Assembly (NCBI GenBank): GCA_003151815.1
Contig: PLYN01000040.1
Coordinates: 5,859 to 69,858, forward strand
DNA: 64,000 nt
Reading direction: 5' to 3'
Source: Bacteroidota bacterium
Lineage (GTDB): Bacteria > Bacteroidota > Bacteroidia > 2-12-FULL-35-15
Each line of letters begins with the position of its first letter. The stretch's first letter is position 1. Under the pieces are notes generated by a model that saw only the letters and a list, made by a program, of their open reading frames with translations, did no database searches and was not told the DNA's origin. A program made the translations under genes and the position numbers. Positions 9,967 to 20,295 of the stretch are shown one piece after another.

Positions 9967-10917
9967 ATGAAAAAAATATTTACACTAGTATTGATAGTAA
10001 TGCTAACAGTAAATTTATTTGCACAAGTGCCGCAAAAAATGAGTTATCAATCGGTAGTGAGAGATACTGCTGGTAAATTGGTCTTAACCCATGCTGTGGG
10101 ATTACAAATAAGCATATTGAAGGGTAATGCGAATGGTAATGCAGTGTTTGTAGAAACACATAATTTATCTACCAATGCCAATGGATTAATGAGTTTAGAA
10201 ATAGGTGGGGGAACACAAGTAGGTGCAAATAGTTTTGCAAGTATTAATTGGAGTACAGGTCCTTATTTTATAAAAACAGAAACGGATCCAACCGGTGGAA
10301 CGAACTATACCATTTCAGGTACCAGCGAATTATTAAGTGTGCCTTATGCTTTGTTTGCAGCTAACGGCGGAGTTACCGGTCCGCAAGGGCCTCCGGGGAT
10401 AGGCGGTTTTGCCCACTATATAGGCGAATTGTTTGGGGGAGGTATAGTTGCTAATGTTTGGAAAGAAGCAGGAGTGGAACACGCGTTAATAGCTTCTTTA
10501 AATGATTTAAGTACCGGAATAGCATGGAGTAATTTGGATACAACATTAATTGGTCCAACTGCAAGTAGTGCTATTAATGGACAGACCAATACAACTGCTA
10601 TTATCGCGCAAGCTGGGCATACTACCAGCCCAGCTGCCTTATGCGATGCATATACAGCTGGGGGCTTTAGTGATTGGTACTTACCTTCAATTTGGGAGTT
10701 AGAAAAATTTTTTATCTCTGCTTTTGAGATTAATACTGCGCTGGAAAATGATGGGAATAATTCAACTGTCGGATTTCAGCAGATAAACGATCCTTACTAT
10801 TGGAGTTCAACTGAAGGCGGGAATACCAGTGCATGGAATCAGAACTTTAACAGTGGTCATGCGAGCAACTCCGGTAAAAACTGGCTTTATTTAGTTAGGG
10901 CCGTTCGGAGAATTTAG
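9967..10917 (+). CDS. Secreted protein with a C-terminal DUF1566 (Lcl C-terminal-like) domain
   Basis: Signal peptide; short collagen-like GPQGPPGIGG; GFSDWYLPSIWELEKF resembles the DWRLPT..EL core of DUF1566. Confidence 0.6.
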   Translation: MKKIFTLVLIVMLTVNLFAQVPQKMSYQSVVRDTAGKLVLTHAVGLQISILKGNANGNAVFVETHNLSTNANGLMSLEIGGGTQVGANSFASINWSTGPYFIKTETDPTGGTNYTISGTSELLSVPYALFAANGGVTGPQGPPGIGGFAHYIGELFGGGIVANVWKEAGVEHALIASLNDLSTGIAWSNLDTTLIGPTASSAINGQTNTTAIIAQAGHTTSPAALCDAYTAGGFSDWYLPSIWELEKFFISAFEINTALENDGNNSTVGFQQINDPYYWSSTEGGNTSAWNQNFNSGHASNSGKNWLYLVRAVRRI

Positions 10918-10925
10918 ATACTTTA

Positions 10926-11015
10926 TTAAGATCGCTCTTCGCAGATGATGCAAAGGTTCACAATTGTATCAACAGCTTTTTGCATAACAGATTCTTGAAA
11001 TCGGCTTTACCATGA
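10926..11015 (-). pseudogene. Orphan duplicate of the pepT 3' end
   Basis: The minus strand encodes ...VMQKAVDTIVNLCIICEERS*, versus the pepT C-terminus DMQKAVETIVNLCIIWEERS*. 10945-10988 matches 11674-11717 with 4 mismatches at an offset of 729 nt. Confidence 0.75.
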
Positions 11016-11025
11016 GAATGTTTCT

Positions 11026-11325
11026 CTACCCTTTCATTTTTTTAGGGTTCTGGCGGCTATCGAAAATATCAGTTATGTATATAGTTCGGTCTATTACACG
11101 ATATACAATTTTGTAATGGGATTCGATTACTCTTCGGTGATTGAGTCCTAAATGTTCAAGATATTCTTCCCTTCTTCCGGAAGATGGATTTTTAATAAGT
11201 TTATCTGCGCGATCCAATATACTGTTACGTATAATTTCCAAAGTTTCGATATTTACATGTGGGGCAATAAATTCTAAAGATTCTGTTAGACTTTTTAATG
11301 CCTGTTCTGTATAAACTAATTTCAT
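11026..11325 (-). CDS. Type II toxin, ParE/RelE family
   Basis: 99 aa. 4-nt overlap with the upstream small gene. The C-terminal YKIVYRVIDRTIYITDIFDSRQNP pattern is typical of ParE/RelE toxins. Confidence 0.7.
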   Translation of the reverse strand: MKLVYTEQALKSLTESLEFIAPHVNIETLEIIRNSILDRADKLIKNPSSGRREEYLEHLGLNHRRVIESHYKIVYRVIDRTIYITDIFDSRQNPKKMKG

Positions 11326-11549
11326 TTTCTGATTAGCTTATTTGTTTGCCGAATGATTTCAGCTCTACTTAATACCCGTCCAACCTTTATATCTTCCTCT
11401 GACCGAATTGCCCTTCGGGTAAGCTTTTCCCGTAAGACAGTATCAAGGGTGGTTTTTTTTAGCAGAGCCTTAATGGCTTTTAATATGGTCAAATCCCTTT
11501 CCCTTTCTATAAGCTCTTTTAACTCTGTTTTGATAGTTATTGCACTCAT
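11322..11549 (-). CDS. Cognate antitoxin (small helical protein)
   Basis: 75 aa, directly upstream of and overlapping the toxin gene. Confidence 0.55.
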   Translation of the reverse strand: MSAITIKTELKELIERERDLTILKAIKALLKKTTLDTVLREKLTRRAIRSEEDIKVGRVLSRAEIIRQTNKLIRK

Positions 11550-11654
11550 GATTTTTAATTTTTAGTTTTCCCAAAGTTAACGATTTTTTACCGAAAATTA
11601 TTATCTTATTAGGTGATTTATTAGGTGATATTTTTATATCGTCTCGCAAATCTC

Positions 11655-12896
11655 CTAACTCCTTTCTTCCCAAATGATACAAAGGTTCACAATTGTTTCA
11701 ACAGCCTTTTGCATATCCTGAACCGATACCCATTCATGCTTTGAATGGAAAGCATGTTCGCCTGCAAAAATATTCGGACAAGGTAAACCCATATACGAAA
11801 ATCGTGAGCCATCGGTACCTCCTCTGATGCTTGATAATACAGGTTCAACGCCCGCTCTGCGAATTGCTTCCAAAGCATTATTTATGATCTCCGGGTTTTT
11901 ATCCAACACTTGTTTCATGTTGCGGTATTGCTGTTTCACAATAAAATCATATTTAGATTTCGAATATTTTTTGATGACACCTTCAGTAATATCTTTTAAA
12001 AAATCTTCTTGTGTTTTTAATGTTTCTTCTTCAAATGCACGAATAATAAATTGAATGGATGTTTCTTCAATGCCTCCTGAAATGCTTACAGGATGGATAA
12101 ATCCTTGCATTTTATCGGTGCTTTCCGGACTCATTTTATTTTTTGGCAATGTGTTAATTATTTCACTCGCAATTTTTATTGCACTCTCCATTTTGTTTTT
12201 TGCAAATCCGGGATGTGTGCTTACACCATGAATATTTATGGTGACAGCATCGGCTGAAAAGGTTTCATTCTCGAGGTGTCCCAACTCTTCACCATCAATG
12301 GTATATGCATAATTAGCTGCAATTTTTCGTAGGTCTGCTTTATCAGCACCACGTCCGATCTCTTCATCAGGAGTGAATAATATTTTGATCGTTCCATGAA
12401 TTATTTCCGGATGTTTCATTAAGTGATGGGCTGCATCCATGATCTCTGCCAGTCCTGCTTTGTTATCTGCGCCAAGCAAAGTAGTACCATCCGTTGTAAT
12501 AATATCATTGCCAATTTGTTTCAGCAAAGAAGGATGTTCACTGGTTTTAATTATTTGTGTTTTATCGTTGGGCAATACAATATCTTTACCATCGTAATTC
12601 TTGTGAACTTGTGGGTTCACGCCTTTCCCGGAGCAGTCGGGTGAAGTATCCATGTGAGAACAAAAACAAATCACAGGGACTTTTTTGTTAGAATTGCCGG
12701 GAATAGCAGCATATACATAACCATTCTCATCCATGTGTGCATCGTTCATGCCCATTTCCAAAAGTTCTTTTACCAAAATACGACCTAAGTCTTTTTGTTT
12801 TTCAGTGGATGGACATGTTGTAGAATTGGGATCGCTTTGCGTATCAATTTTTACATATCGTAAAAAGCGTTCGGTAACAGTATGGTTGATTTTCAT
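11655..12896 (-). CDS. pepT: Peptidase T (tripeptide aminopeptidase, M20B)
   Basis: 413 aa. ERFLRYVKIDTQSD, CSHMDTSPD and GADNKAG motifs are characteristic of PepT. Confidence 0.9.
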   Translation of the reverse strand: MKINHTVTERFLRYVKIDTQSDPNSTTCPSTEKQKDLGRILVKELLEMGMNDAHMDENGYVYAAIPGNSNKKVPVICFCSHMDTSPDCSGKGVNPQVHKNYDGKDIVLPNDKTQIIKTSEHPSLLKQIGNDIITTDGTTLLGADNKAGLAEIMDAAHHLMKHPEIIHGTIKILFTPDEEIGRGADKADLRKIAANYAYTIDGEELGHLENETFSADAVTINIHGVSTHPGFAKNKMESAIKIASEIINTLPKNKMSPESTDKMQGFIHPVSISGGIEETSIQFIIRAFEEETLKTQEDFLKDITEGVIKKYSKSKYDFIVKQQYRNMKQVLDKNPEIINNALEAIRRAGVEPVLSSIRGGTDGSRFSYMGLPCPNIFAGEHAFHSKHEWVSVQDMQKAVETIVNLCIIWEERS

Positions 12897-12999
12897 GGAT
12901 GAATGGTTTTAAAAATACCGTGATCAAAATATTTCATTCTTTCCACGAATTACAGTATTTTTGAGGAATATTCAAAATTAAAAACAGCGTTCCAATAAT

Positions 13000-13467
13000 A
13001 TGAAATATAAACGCCTTACAACAGAGGAGTTACAACAATTAGAAAAAGAGTTCGTTAACTTTTTAGCATCTGCTCAGATAACCGGTCCGGATTGGGAAAA
13101 AATGAAAAAAAATGAGGTAGAAAAGGCCGAAGAATTAATTGATGTTTTTAGTGATGTGGTATATGATAAAGTAATGAGCAAAATAAAATTTGTTGATTAT
13201 CGCGATGAAAAAACGTTGAATATATTTAATTGCACAGAAGATAAAATTATTTTAATTGGGTTGAGAGTGAAGGAGCACAGTTCGCTAGATCTGACTGCTG
13301 CGGATGTATTTACTCAATGGAATGATAACAATACAAGTGCAGTAAATGTGATTAGAAGCGAAAAAAAATATATGAAGGAAAGAGGAATGGAAGTGTTTGA
13401 ATTATTACAAAACGGTTGTTTGATAACGGATGATAGATTATTTAATTTGTTGAATGGAATGCTGTAA
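13000..13467 (+). CDS. Conserved hypothetical protein
   Basis: 155-aa ORF with clean codon usage; no motif recognised. Confidence 0.5.
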   Translation: MKYKRLTTEELQQLEKEFVNFLASAQITGPDWEKMKKNEVEKAEELIDVFSDVVYDKVMSKIKFVDYRDEKTLNIFNCTEDKIILIGLRVKEHSSLDLTAADVFTQWNDNNTSAVNVIRSEKKYMKERGMEVFELLQNGCLITDDRLFNLLNGML

Positions 13468-13494
13468 ATTTGCTTTGCGATTTTTGTGGTAATT

Positions 13495-13689
13495 TAACCA
13501 CATAGAAACATAGTTTATTGTTGAATATTTAAAAAAAGAATTAAGATTTACATAATTTTGAAGCAAAACTTCAAATATTTAGATTGTTCTTAAATTGCCA
13601 AATGTTTATCTATGTTAAAAATTTATTTTTCTATTTGATCTTATAAAGTATTCTGTTTAACTTGGTTTAACTATGTTTCTATGTGGTTA
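13495..13689. repeat. MITE-like unit bounded by a perfect 21-bp terminal inverted repeat
   Basis: taaccacatagaaacatagtt (13495-13515) and aactatgtttctatgtggtta (13669-13689) are exact reverse complements. Confidence 0.7.
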
Positions 13690-13708
13690 GATTTTAAAAA
13701 TAATTAAT

Positions 13709-15313
13709 ATGTCTGAGCCCCTGTATAAAAAAACCTGGTTTGCAATAAGTGCTGTTGCCGTGTCAATTGCTGCGATGGTTTATTTGAGTAAAAATCCAAC
13801 TAACAGTAAAGATCAAATTACGTCAGGAAAAGACAGTCTGGCTTTAGAAGAATTTTATAAAAAAGAAGAATCAAAACCGTGCATCAATCCTCCATTAGAA
13901 GGAGTTAATATCCTCTATACTACTTATAAAGTAAATGCTAAAAATGGTGGAGTATTTGATTTTAAAACAGGATCAAAAATTGTTATTCCAAAAAATGCTT
14001 TTGTAGATGAAAAAGGAAAGTTACTGAAAGGTGAAATTGAATTGCGTTACCGCGAGTTTCATGATGCAGTCGATTTTTTTGTTGCCGGAATTCCAATGAC
14101 GTATGATAGTGCCGGAGTTCGTTATCAGTTTGAATCGGCCGGTATGATGGAAATGTTGGCGTATCAAAATGATAAAAAAGTAAATATGGCAAGGGGTAAG
14201 TCAATTAATATTGAACTTGCTTCTAATTATAAAGGCACAGAATACAATTTGTATAAACTGGATACCTTGAAAAATAATTGGTCGTGTATGGGTAAGGATA
14301 GAGTGGTTGAACAAGTTGCTACTAAAGGTGTGCATGAACTTGAATCGGCGGAAAATATAACTTCTGTTGATGAAACTCCTGCATATAAAACTATTGAAAT
14401 AAAAAAAGTAGAGATACAAAAAGAGAAAGAAATAAAAATTGCTGCTATCCCTAAAGCTATTGTTAAACCTATAAAGCCGGAAGAAGCAAATAAGGATAAA
14501 TTTAACTTTAACATTGAAGTCGATCCTAAAGAATTTCCTGAATTAGCTGTTTTTAAAGGCGCTATATTTGAAGTAGGTCCTGAAAATAAAAATTTTAACA
14601 AAGCGATGTATAATATTACATGGGATGAAGCCATTATAAAAGAAGGAAATAAGAAGGGCGATAATTATATGTTGACATTGAAAAAAGCGTCAAAGAAATA
14701 CGACTTGATCGTTTATCCGGTATTTGAAGGTAAAAATTATGAAATTGCCTTAAAGGATTATGCTGATAAATTTAGCAAATACAATGTGGTACTTGAAAAG
14801 CATAAGGTAGAAGAAAAAAGAATTGAAGATGAATATCAGGTAAAATTGGCTGAATTAAAAAAGCAACAAAAAGAAATTGAGTTAAAATGGAAAGAAGAAG
14901 AAGCTCGACAATTTGTGACAATGGAAACGGAGCAAAAAGTAAAACGGATGTTTGCAATTAATAGTTTTGGTGTTTACAACTGTGATAATCCAGTAGCTTA
15001 TCCAACGGGCATTACATGCATTGCAAATTTATTGAATGAAAAAAAAGAGAAGGTGATATGTTATGATGTTTTTTTAGTCGATAAAGCTAAAAATGCCTTA
15101 TTCAGTTATGCGAAGAATCCGATCACTAAATTTTCATTCAATCCTCAATCTTCTAATCTATTATGGACAGTGGATAATGGCGTGTTGTTCTGGTTAAAGC
15201 CGGAGCAGTTTTCTGATATCAAAGTTTCAGAAGGAATGAGTAATTTGCAGATGAACAGGGTGGATCAGAAATTCAAAACGGTAGAAGAACTAAAAACGTT
15301 TTTTAATTTTTAA
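13709..15313 (+). CDS. Membrane-anchored hypothetical protein with a K/E-rich coiled-coil segment
   Basis: 534 aa; N-terminal TM helix (WFAISAVAVSIAAMVYL); central EKHKVEEKRIEDEYQVKLAELKKQQKEIELKWKEEE. Confidence 0.55.
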   Translation: MSEPLYKKTWFAISAVAVSIAAMVYLSKNPTNSKDQITSGKDSLALEEFYKKEESKPCINPPLEGVNILYTTYKVNAKNGGVFDFKTGSKIVIPKNAFVDEKGKLLKGEIELRYREFHDAVDFFVAGIPMTYDSAGVRYQFESAGMMEMLAYQNDKKVNMARGKSINIELASNYKGTEYNLYKLDTLKNNWSCMGKDRVVEQVATKGVHELESAENITSVDETPAYKTIEIKKVEIQKEKEIKIAAIPKAIVKPIKPEEANKDKFNFNIEVDPKEFPELAVFKGAIFEVGPENKNFNKAMYNITWDEAIIKEGNKKGDNYMLTLKKASKKYDLIVYPVFEGKNYEIALKDYADKFSKYNVVLEKHKVEEKRIEDEYQVKLAELKKQQKEIELKWKEEEARQFVTMETEQKVKRMFAINSFGVYNCDNPVAYPTGITCIANLLNEKKEKVICYDVFLVDKAKNALFSYAKNPITKFSFNPQSSNLLWTVDNGVLFWLKPEQFSDIKVSEGMSNLQMNRVDQKFKTVEELKTFFNF

Positions 15314-15322
15314 AATTATTTC

Positions 15323-15422
15323 TCGCAAAGGGCGCTAAGAAGAGACATACGCAAAGGTTGCAAAGCATTTTGTTTTATTTATTTTTCTGAGTTCTTTGCG
15401 AAATTCTTTGTGTTCTTTGCGT
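15323..15422. terminator. Word hairpin (CAAAG words / CTTTG words) between convergent genes; probable bidirectional terminator
   Basis: tcgcaaag (15323), acgcaaag (15349) and tgcaaag (15359) face ctttgcga (15394), ctttgtg (15405) and ctttgcgt (15415). Confidence 0.5.
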
Positions 15423-15448
15423 GAAATTATTTTACAGACAGATACTAA

Positions 15449-15994
15449 TTATAATCTAAAATTCATTCCAACTCTAATAACCGGATTTTGATAAGGTGTA
15501 TAATAGGACTCGGTGAAATTGTATAATATCATGGCTACAAGAGCAGATCTGCGACCAAATTGTTGTATATATCCGCCACCGGCCAATAAACTTCCAACAT
15601 CAACTCTTCTTCTTGGAAAAAAATCAAATGCTTCCAGATTCAAATATTCATACTCAGCATGTGCGAATAAAAAATTTGTTAGCATGTACCTGCCGAATAC
15701 TCTGGCTCCATATACATTTGTTTGAATGTTGAAATATTGATCTTTGTATTGATAGTATTGATAAGTGATACCAATGCCAACCGAAAATTTCTTTGTGATC
15801 TTATATCCCACCAATGGAGACACAGCTAAAAATGTTGAAGTACCAAACTGTAAACCGACATTTCCTCCAAAATATACTCTATTCCAAAATGGTTGTTTGG
15901 GTGGAGTTCTTCGTATTTTAATGCTATCCGCTTGTGCGATAACACCTGTGGAGAGAAGTAACAGGAGCGCAAAGATTTTGAATTTTATTTTCAA
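15449..15994 (-). CDS. Small outer-membrane beta-barrel protein
   Basis: Signal peptide, alternating aromatic/hydrophobic strands, C-terminal ...VGMNFRL. Confidence 0.55.
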   Translation of the reverse strand: MKIKFKIFALLLLLSTGVIAQADSIKIRRTPPKQPFWNRVYFGGNVGLQFGTSTFLAVSPLVGYKITKKFSVGIGITYQYYQYKDQYFNIQTNVYGARVFGRYMLTNFLFAHAEYEYLNLEAFDFFPRRRVDVGSLLAGGGYIQQFGRRSALVAMILYNFTESYYTPYQNPVIRVGMNFRL

Positions 15995-16064
15995 TGGATT
16001 AATTTATTAGTTTTTGGAATTTAGATAAAAATACGTTTCTTTGAGTTAAATCAAAAATAAAATT

Positions 16065-16775
16065 ATGAATATTATAGTTACAGGAGCAAGCAGAGGAATA
16101 GGTTATGAATTGGTTAAATTACTAAGTGCCGATCCCAACAATACTATAATCGCTATTTCCCGCAATTCTCAGAAATTAGAACAACTAAAAAAAGATTGTA
16201 CCTCTCTTAATATTTCATCAAAAGTTATACCAATAGCATGTGATTTAAGTGATAAAAGTGCAATTGATAATTTACATTCTGAAATAACAAAACATATTAA
16301 AACAGTAACTGTTTTAATAAACAACGCCGGAGCTATCGTAAATAAGCCATTTGCAGAAATCACCTCAGAAGATCTGGAGTATATATACAATGTAAATGTT
16401 TTTTCAGTAGTTCGGCTTATTCAGAAAATATTGCCCATCATCGATACCGATCAAAGATCACATATTGTGAATATTAGCAGTATTGGCGGATTTCAGGGAA
16501 GTTTAAAATTCGCAGGTCTTTCGGCATACAGCTCAAGTAAGGCGGCATTGGCATGTTTAACAGAGTGCTTGGCAGAAGAGTTCAAAGAAAAAAATATAGC
16601 TTTCAATTGTTTGGCATTGGGAGCCACACAAACTGAAATGTTAAACGAAGCTTTTCCGGGCTATAAAGCACCACTAACTGCGGCTCAAATGGCAGCGTTT
16701 ATCGCTCATTTTTCATTAACAGCACATCAGTATATGAATGGTAAAATTATTCCGGTGTCATTAAGTAATCCTTAA
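16065..16775 (+). CDS. Short-chain dehydrogenase/reductase (SDR)
   Basis: TGASRGIG cofactor motif, NNAG, and catalytic YSSSK. Confidence 0.85.
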   Translation: MNIIVTGASRGIGYELVKLLSADPNNTIIAISRNSQKLEQLKKDCTSLNISSKVIPIACDLSDKSAIDNLHSEITKHIKTVTVLINNAGAIVNKPFAEITSEDLEYIYNVNVFSVVRLIQKILPIIDTDQRSHIVNISSIGGFQGSLKFAGLSAYSSSKAALACLTECLAEEFKEKNIAFNCLALGATQTEMLNEAFPGYKAPLTAAQMAAFIAHFSLTAHQYMNGKIIPVSLSNP

Positions 16776-16831
16776 TTTAGTCTTAAGTCATTAGTTTTTT
16801 AACTTCTACCTTCTCTCTTCTGACTTCTAAT

Positions 16832-18907
16832 CTACCTCGGATACTCCACTCTCACATGATACACATTCATCAATTTTTTCTTGAATATTTTTTTAATAGT
16901 ATTGATGTCTTTAAAAGTAATATCCGAATTCAGGAATTGATTTTGTTCAATTTGTTTGGTGATGATCAGTTCTACTAAATTATCAATACTGTCGGCATCG
17001 TATTGTTGTAAACTTCTGGATGCAGCTTCTACAGAGTCCGCCATCATTAATACTGCGGTTTCTTTTGAAAACGGAATAGGTCCAGGATAACGAAATTTTT
17101 CTTCATTAATTTTTTCTTCCGGGAATGCTTTTTGAAAAGAACGATAGAAATAGGCAGTCATCCCTGTTCCGTGATGGGTGCGGATGAAATCAATAATTTG
17201 TTCCGGTAAATTATATTTTTTCGCAATTTCAATTCCTTTAATAACGTGTCCGATAATGATTACAGCACTCTCTTCAAAATTCAGATCTTCATGCGGATTA
17301 ATTCCACTCGCCTGATTTTCTATAAAATACATGGGCGATTCCATTTTTCCAATATCGTGATAAAGCGCGCCTGTACGAACGAGTAGAGCATTTCCGCCAA
17401 TGGTGTAAATTGCTTCTTCGGCGAGGTTGGCAACCTGTAATGAATGCTGAAACGTGCCGGGAGCGCGTGATGCCAGTTCTCTCAATAGCTTTCCGTTGGT
17501 GTCGGAAAGTTCCAATAAGGATACATCAGAAATAAATCCAAATATTTTTTCAAAAATAAAGATCAGAGGATAGGAGAATAAGGTGAGCATGGCGCTAACG
17601 CCAAACCAGGCGAAATCATGCCAGGTGATAACATCGCCGCCACCTTCCTGAACAAGGTTGATGCCAATGAATGCAAAACTGTATGTTAAGAAGATGAGTG
17701 CCGCAGAAATAAAAATTTGCGAACGATTGCGTGTATTCACAATACTAAAAATAGTTACGATGCCGCCAAGCAGTTGAATAAATACAAATTCAAATCTGTT
17801 GGATGCCATAAAGGAGATGATAAGTATTGTCATGATATGTACAAATAGTGCGACACGTGTATCATAGAAGGCGCGAATGATGATCGTTAACATGCAAAAC
17901 GGCAACAAATAAATGCTGAACGATTGGGAGTTTACAGCAAGCCGCGCCATCAATACAGAGAGGATAATTAAAAGAAGTATGAAGGTGATCTTCGCATTGT
18001 CTAAAAATATTTCTTTTCGGAAAAAGGATAGAAACACCATCAATACAGATAGACACTGGGTAACAATTATTATTTGTCCCAATAAAATAAAAAAATAATT
18101 ACCTGTTCCTCCTGATTGTTCTTCGTATTCGGATTTTAAAGATTCAAGTATTTGAAATTTTTTTGCATCAATAATATCTCCTTTTGAAACTATGCTTTGG
18201 TCCTTTAAAATAATGTCACGCGATGGGGCAATATCGTCAATAGCCTGTTTGAACACTTTATCGGATGTGATTTTATCATAAAAAATAGTGTGAGCAATAC
18301 TGTTTTCGAGTAATGGTAAAAGCAATTTGGTATCTGCATTTTTCTTATTGTTATTGAGTTGTTGCTTTACATATTCATAAGCAGATGTGATGGTATAAAA
18401 ATCTTTTAGATCATGTTCTTCGGCAACATTATTATACAAGATATATATTGAATAATCACCGGGTCGGTTTTCAATGTTCTCGGTTGGTTCAATGATTCCT
18501 TTGCTATAAATAGAATCTATTATTTTATTGCCAAGTGCGAATGTTCGTTCTTTGAGCGTTTTATTTTTGTCGTCCGCTTTTGCTTTCCATTTATTTTCAA
18601 AATCTATTTCAAAATCATATTTTTTAGAGATGGGGATCGTCTTGTCGACTTTGAAGTAAGGCTTAGTATTCTTAATAACTTCCGCCTTTTCATTTGCTAA
18701 TTCTTTATTTGTTTTTTTTATTGCAAAATCAAATGGTGCTACCAGGTTTTCGTGGTACCAAGGTTTTCCCTTCAGATTTTGGAACTCGTATTTGAATTTT
18801 CCTTGTTTGGGTAATATGTAAACAATGGCAGTAATAGCAATAAAAAAAAGCACCCCTTTGTAAACTTCCGGATGGCTGTGACGAATAAATGAAATGATTT
18901 TTTTCAT
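16832..18907 (-). CDS. 7TM-receptor-type HDIG-domain phosphohydrolase
   Basis: 691 aa; extracellular N-domain, about 7 TM helices, C-terminal HD domain (HSLQVANLAEEA ... GALYHDIGK). Confidence 0.8.
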   Translation of the reverse strand: MKKIISFIRHSHPEVYKGVLFFIAITAIVYILPKQGKFKYEFQNLKGKPWYHENLVAPFDFAIKKTNKELANEKAEVIKNTKPYFKVDKTIPISKKYDFEIDFENKWKAKADDKNKTLKERTFALGNKIIDSIYSKGIIEPTENIENRPGDYSIYILYNNVAEEHDLKDFYTITSAYEYVKQQLNNNKKNADTKLLLPLLENSIAHTIFYDKITSDKVFKQAIDDIAPSRDIILKDQSIVSKGDIIDAKKFQILESLKSEYEEQSGGTGNYFFILLGQIIIVTQCLSVLMVFLSFFRKEIFLDNAKITFILLLIILSVLMARLAVNSQSFSIYLLPFCMLTIIIRAFYDTRVALFVHIMTILIISFMASNRFEFVFIQLLGGIVTIFSIVNTRNRSQIFISAALIFLTYSFAFIGINLVQEGGGDVITWHDFAWFGVSAMLTLFSYPLIFIFEKIFGFISDVSLLELSDTNGKLLRELASRAPGTFQHSLQVANLAEEAIYTIGGNALLVRTGALYHDIGKMESPMYFIENQASGINPHEDLNFEESAVIIIGHVIKGIEIAKKYNLPEQIIDFIRTHHGTGMTAYFYRSFQKAFPEEKINEEKFRYPGPIPFSKETAVLMMADSVEAASRSLQQYDADSIDNLVELIITKQIEQNQFLNSDITFKDINTIKKIFKKKLMNVYHVRVEYPR

Positions 18908-19074
18908 TTGGAAATTATTGTTTTTACGAAATTAATTAATATTTACCTTTATTCTACAATATGTTTGTAAATTGAGAATAGTAAATAGTAATTATTAAAT
19001 AGTAAATTAGTTTTATTAGAAATAAATTCCTGATAAAATTATTGAAAATCATTTCTATATCCAGCTAATAAAGT

Positions 19075-19082
19075 TAAATTTG
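19075..19082 (+). promoter_or_regulatory. Candidate -7 promoter box for the thiolase gene
   Basis: TAAATTTG lies 35 nt upstream of the ATG at 19117. Confidence 0.4.
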
Positions 19083-19116
19083 AACTTGATTATTAAAAAT
19101 TAAATAAATTAAAGAG

Positions 19117-20295
19117 ATGAAGGAAGTTTATATTATATCAGCAGTTCGTACAGCAATAGGAAGTTTTGGCGGTTCGCTTGCAGGAGTTCCGGCTACGGGG
19201 CTTGGTGCTATGGCAATCAGAGGAGCAATTGCTAAAGCGGGTATTAAAGGACATGAGGTTCAGGAAGTATACATGGGTTGTGTTTTGCAAGCTAATTTGG
19301 GACAGGCTCCTGCGCGTCAGGCTTCTAAATATGCCGGTTTGCCTGATAATGTACAAGCTACAACCATCAATAAGGTTTGCGCTTCAGGAATGAAGTCCGT
19401 AATGATCGGCGCACAAAGTATCATGTGCGGTGATGCGGATGTAGTGGTGGCAGGCGGAATGGAGAACATGAGCAAAACACCTTTTTATTCCGAACACATG
19501 CGTTGGGGAAATAAATACGGTAATGTTACCATGATTGATGGTGTTGCTAAAGATGGTTTAATAGATTGTTATCATAATTATCCGATGGGTAACGCGTCTG
19601 ATTTTGGCGCGCGCGAATATAATATTACTCGTGAAGAACAAGATGCTTTCGCGATCCAGTCCTATAAACGATCTCAAGCTGCATGGGCCGAGGGGAGATT
19701 CAGGGACGAAATTGTTCCCATAGAAATTCCACAACGCAATGGAACTACAATTACGTTCAACGAAGACGAAGAATATAAAAATGTAAAGTTTGATAAATTG
19801 GCCGGATTAAAACCTGCATTTTCTAAGGAAGGAACTGCCACTGCTGCAAATTCATCAACAATGAATGATGGTGCTGCTGCACTTGTTTTGATGAGCAAAG
19901 AAAAAGCGAATGTGCTGGGACTTAAGCCCATTGCGATACTTCGCGGATATGCGGATGCAGAACAAGCTCCCGAATGGTTCACAACAACACCATCTATCGC
20001 TATTCCAAAAGCAGTTGCGAAAGCCGGTTTAAAAATGGAAGACATAGAATATTTTGAGTTGAACGAAGCATTTTCTTTTGTCGGATTGATAAATATCCAA
20101 AAGATGAAATTAGATCCTGAAAAAGTAAATGTGAATGGTGGTGCTGTTTCATTAGGTCATCCATTGGGATGTTCCGGTGCAAGAATTATTGTTACCCTGA
20201 TAAATGTATTGAAACAAAACAATGCAAAATATGGCGCTGCCGCGATATGCAATGGTGGAGGTGGAGCAAGCGCTGTTGTTATAGAATTAGTTTAA
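19117..20295 (+). CDS. Acetyl-CoA C-acetyltransferase (thiolase II)
   Basis: Active-site NKVCASGMKS, C-terminal NGGGGASAVVIE. Confidence 0.9.
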   Translation: MKEVYIISAVRTAIGSFGGSLAGVPATGLGAMAIRGAIAKAGIKGHEVQEVYMGCVLQANLGQAPARQASKYAGLPDNVQATTINKVCASGMKSVMIGAQSIMCGDADVVVAGGMENMSKTPFYSEHMRWGNKYGNVTMIDGVAKDGLIDCYHNYPMGNASDFGAREYNITREEQDAFAIQSYKRSQAAWAEGRFRDEIVPIEIPQRNGTTITFNEDEEYKNVKFDKLAGLKPAFSKEGTATAANSSTMNDGAAALVLMSKEKANVLGLKPIAILRGYADAEQAPEWFTTTPSIAIPKAVAKAGLKMEDIEYFELNEAFSFVGLINIQKMKLDPEKVNVNGGAVSLGHPLGCSGARIIVTLINVLKQNNAKYGAAAICNGGGGASAVVIELV

